A DNA stretch of 64,000 nucleotides from positions 10,226,587 through 10,290,586 of the forward strand of contig CM120648.1 in NCBI GenBank assembly GCA_051362555.1, read 5' to 3'. The notes under the pieces were generated by a model, which worked only from the letters and a program-made list of their open reading frames with translations, ran no database searches and was not told where the DNA came from. Each line of letters opens with the position of its first letter. The stretch's first letter is position 1. Positions 63,320 to 64,000 of the stretch are shown piece after piece. The translations under genes were made by a program, and so were the position numbers. The stretch is from Lingula anatina (taxonomy: Eukaryota; Animalia; Brachiopoda).

Positions 63320-63699
63320 CTGTGTATCAAACAAAAGACCGTTTTAAATTTGATAATTTGGCATCAATACCCCAAAAACAAACTATCAGCTTAAAAAGAT
63401 GAATAATGTGCACTGATATCTTAATTAATATGATCCGCTAGCCTAACTAGAAAACTGCCTTATATGGTACGTTCTAGTTAAGTATAACCATACAAGTTAT
63501 GAAAAAGCATTACAAACTTAACAAACCGTGCAATGACCTCGTCATCTAAGAACAGAAATTGAAACCCAACAAACAGTGCTTTTAACTGTGCATGTGAATT
63601 GATTTCAGACAAATCACTGTGTGTTGGAATATTCGATTTGTTTTTTTTTTTATCCAATTCATTTTTTACAAAGATGTGTCTGTACATATAGCCGTCAAC

Positions 63700-63752
63700 T
63701 GCGTCTGTCGTCGCCGTCGCCGCTGTCGTCGCCGTCGCCGCTGTCGTCGCCT
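63700..63752. repeat. 18-bp GC-rich tandem repeat (CTGTCGTCGCCGTCGCCG)n, probably inside an interspersed repeat
   Basis: Visible directly. Confidence 0.85.
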
Positions 63753-64000
63753 TGCACTTTCACCGATAAGTGGAAAACCTGTTTACCTTTTGGCTTGAAA
63801 CATACAGCGCTGTTGAATATTCATAATACGCAGGTCAAGTTAAAAAAAATCAGCATGACCGGGGCATTTTCATAAAAGTTATGCTGTTTTTTTTTCACTT
63901 TTTTCAGTATAAATGCAAAACCGATAACACGATAAGTAGAAAACCATTTGAACTTTTGGCTTGAAACTGCAGGTCAAGCGCGAAAATCAGCATGATCAGG

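Overview
AT-rich, intron-containing animal DNA, most consistent with a marine invertebrate; the species cannot be determined from sequence alone. Exons were reconstructed by hand from GT-AG sites and phase matching, and every gene found lies on the minus strand. The window contains: (1) two intact 333-aa jacalin-lectin/aerolysin pore-forming proteins (Dln1/natterin-like; 2.4-4.1 and 12.3-14.6 kb); (2) three intact 8-exon secreted cobalamin-binding proteins of the transcobalamin/intrinsic factor/haptocorrin family (18.7-22.6, 28.4-32.6, 38.4-43.0 kb); (3) a broken remnant with an ApoL-like exon upstream of a truncated UPA + death-domain module (47.7-49.3 kb); (4) a receptor that the ORF track shows only in fragments (54.6-63.3 kb). 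Its eight phase-compatible exons join a TROY/EDAR-type TNF-receptor cysteine-rich ectodomain and a TM helix to an UNC5/PIDD-type ZU5 (HF|S) - UPA - death-domain tail; this is the strongest candidate for a novel system. Aerolysin and cobalamin-binder genes share non-coding flanking modules, suggesting a common duplication history. Many TE relics are interspersed: CR1/L2, RTE, Tc1, Harbinger-type MITEs and a RecQ-helicase-bearing TIR element.
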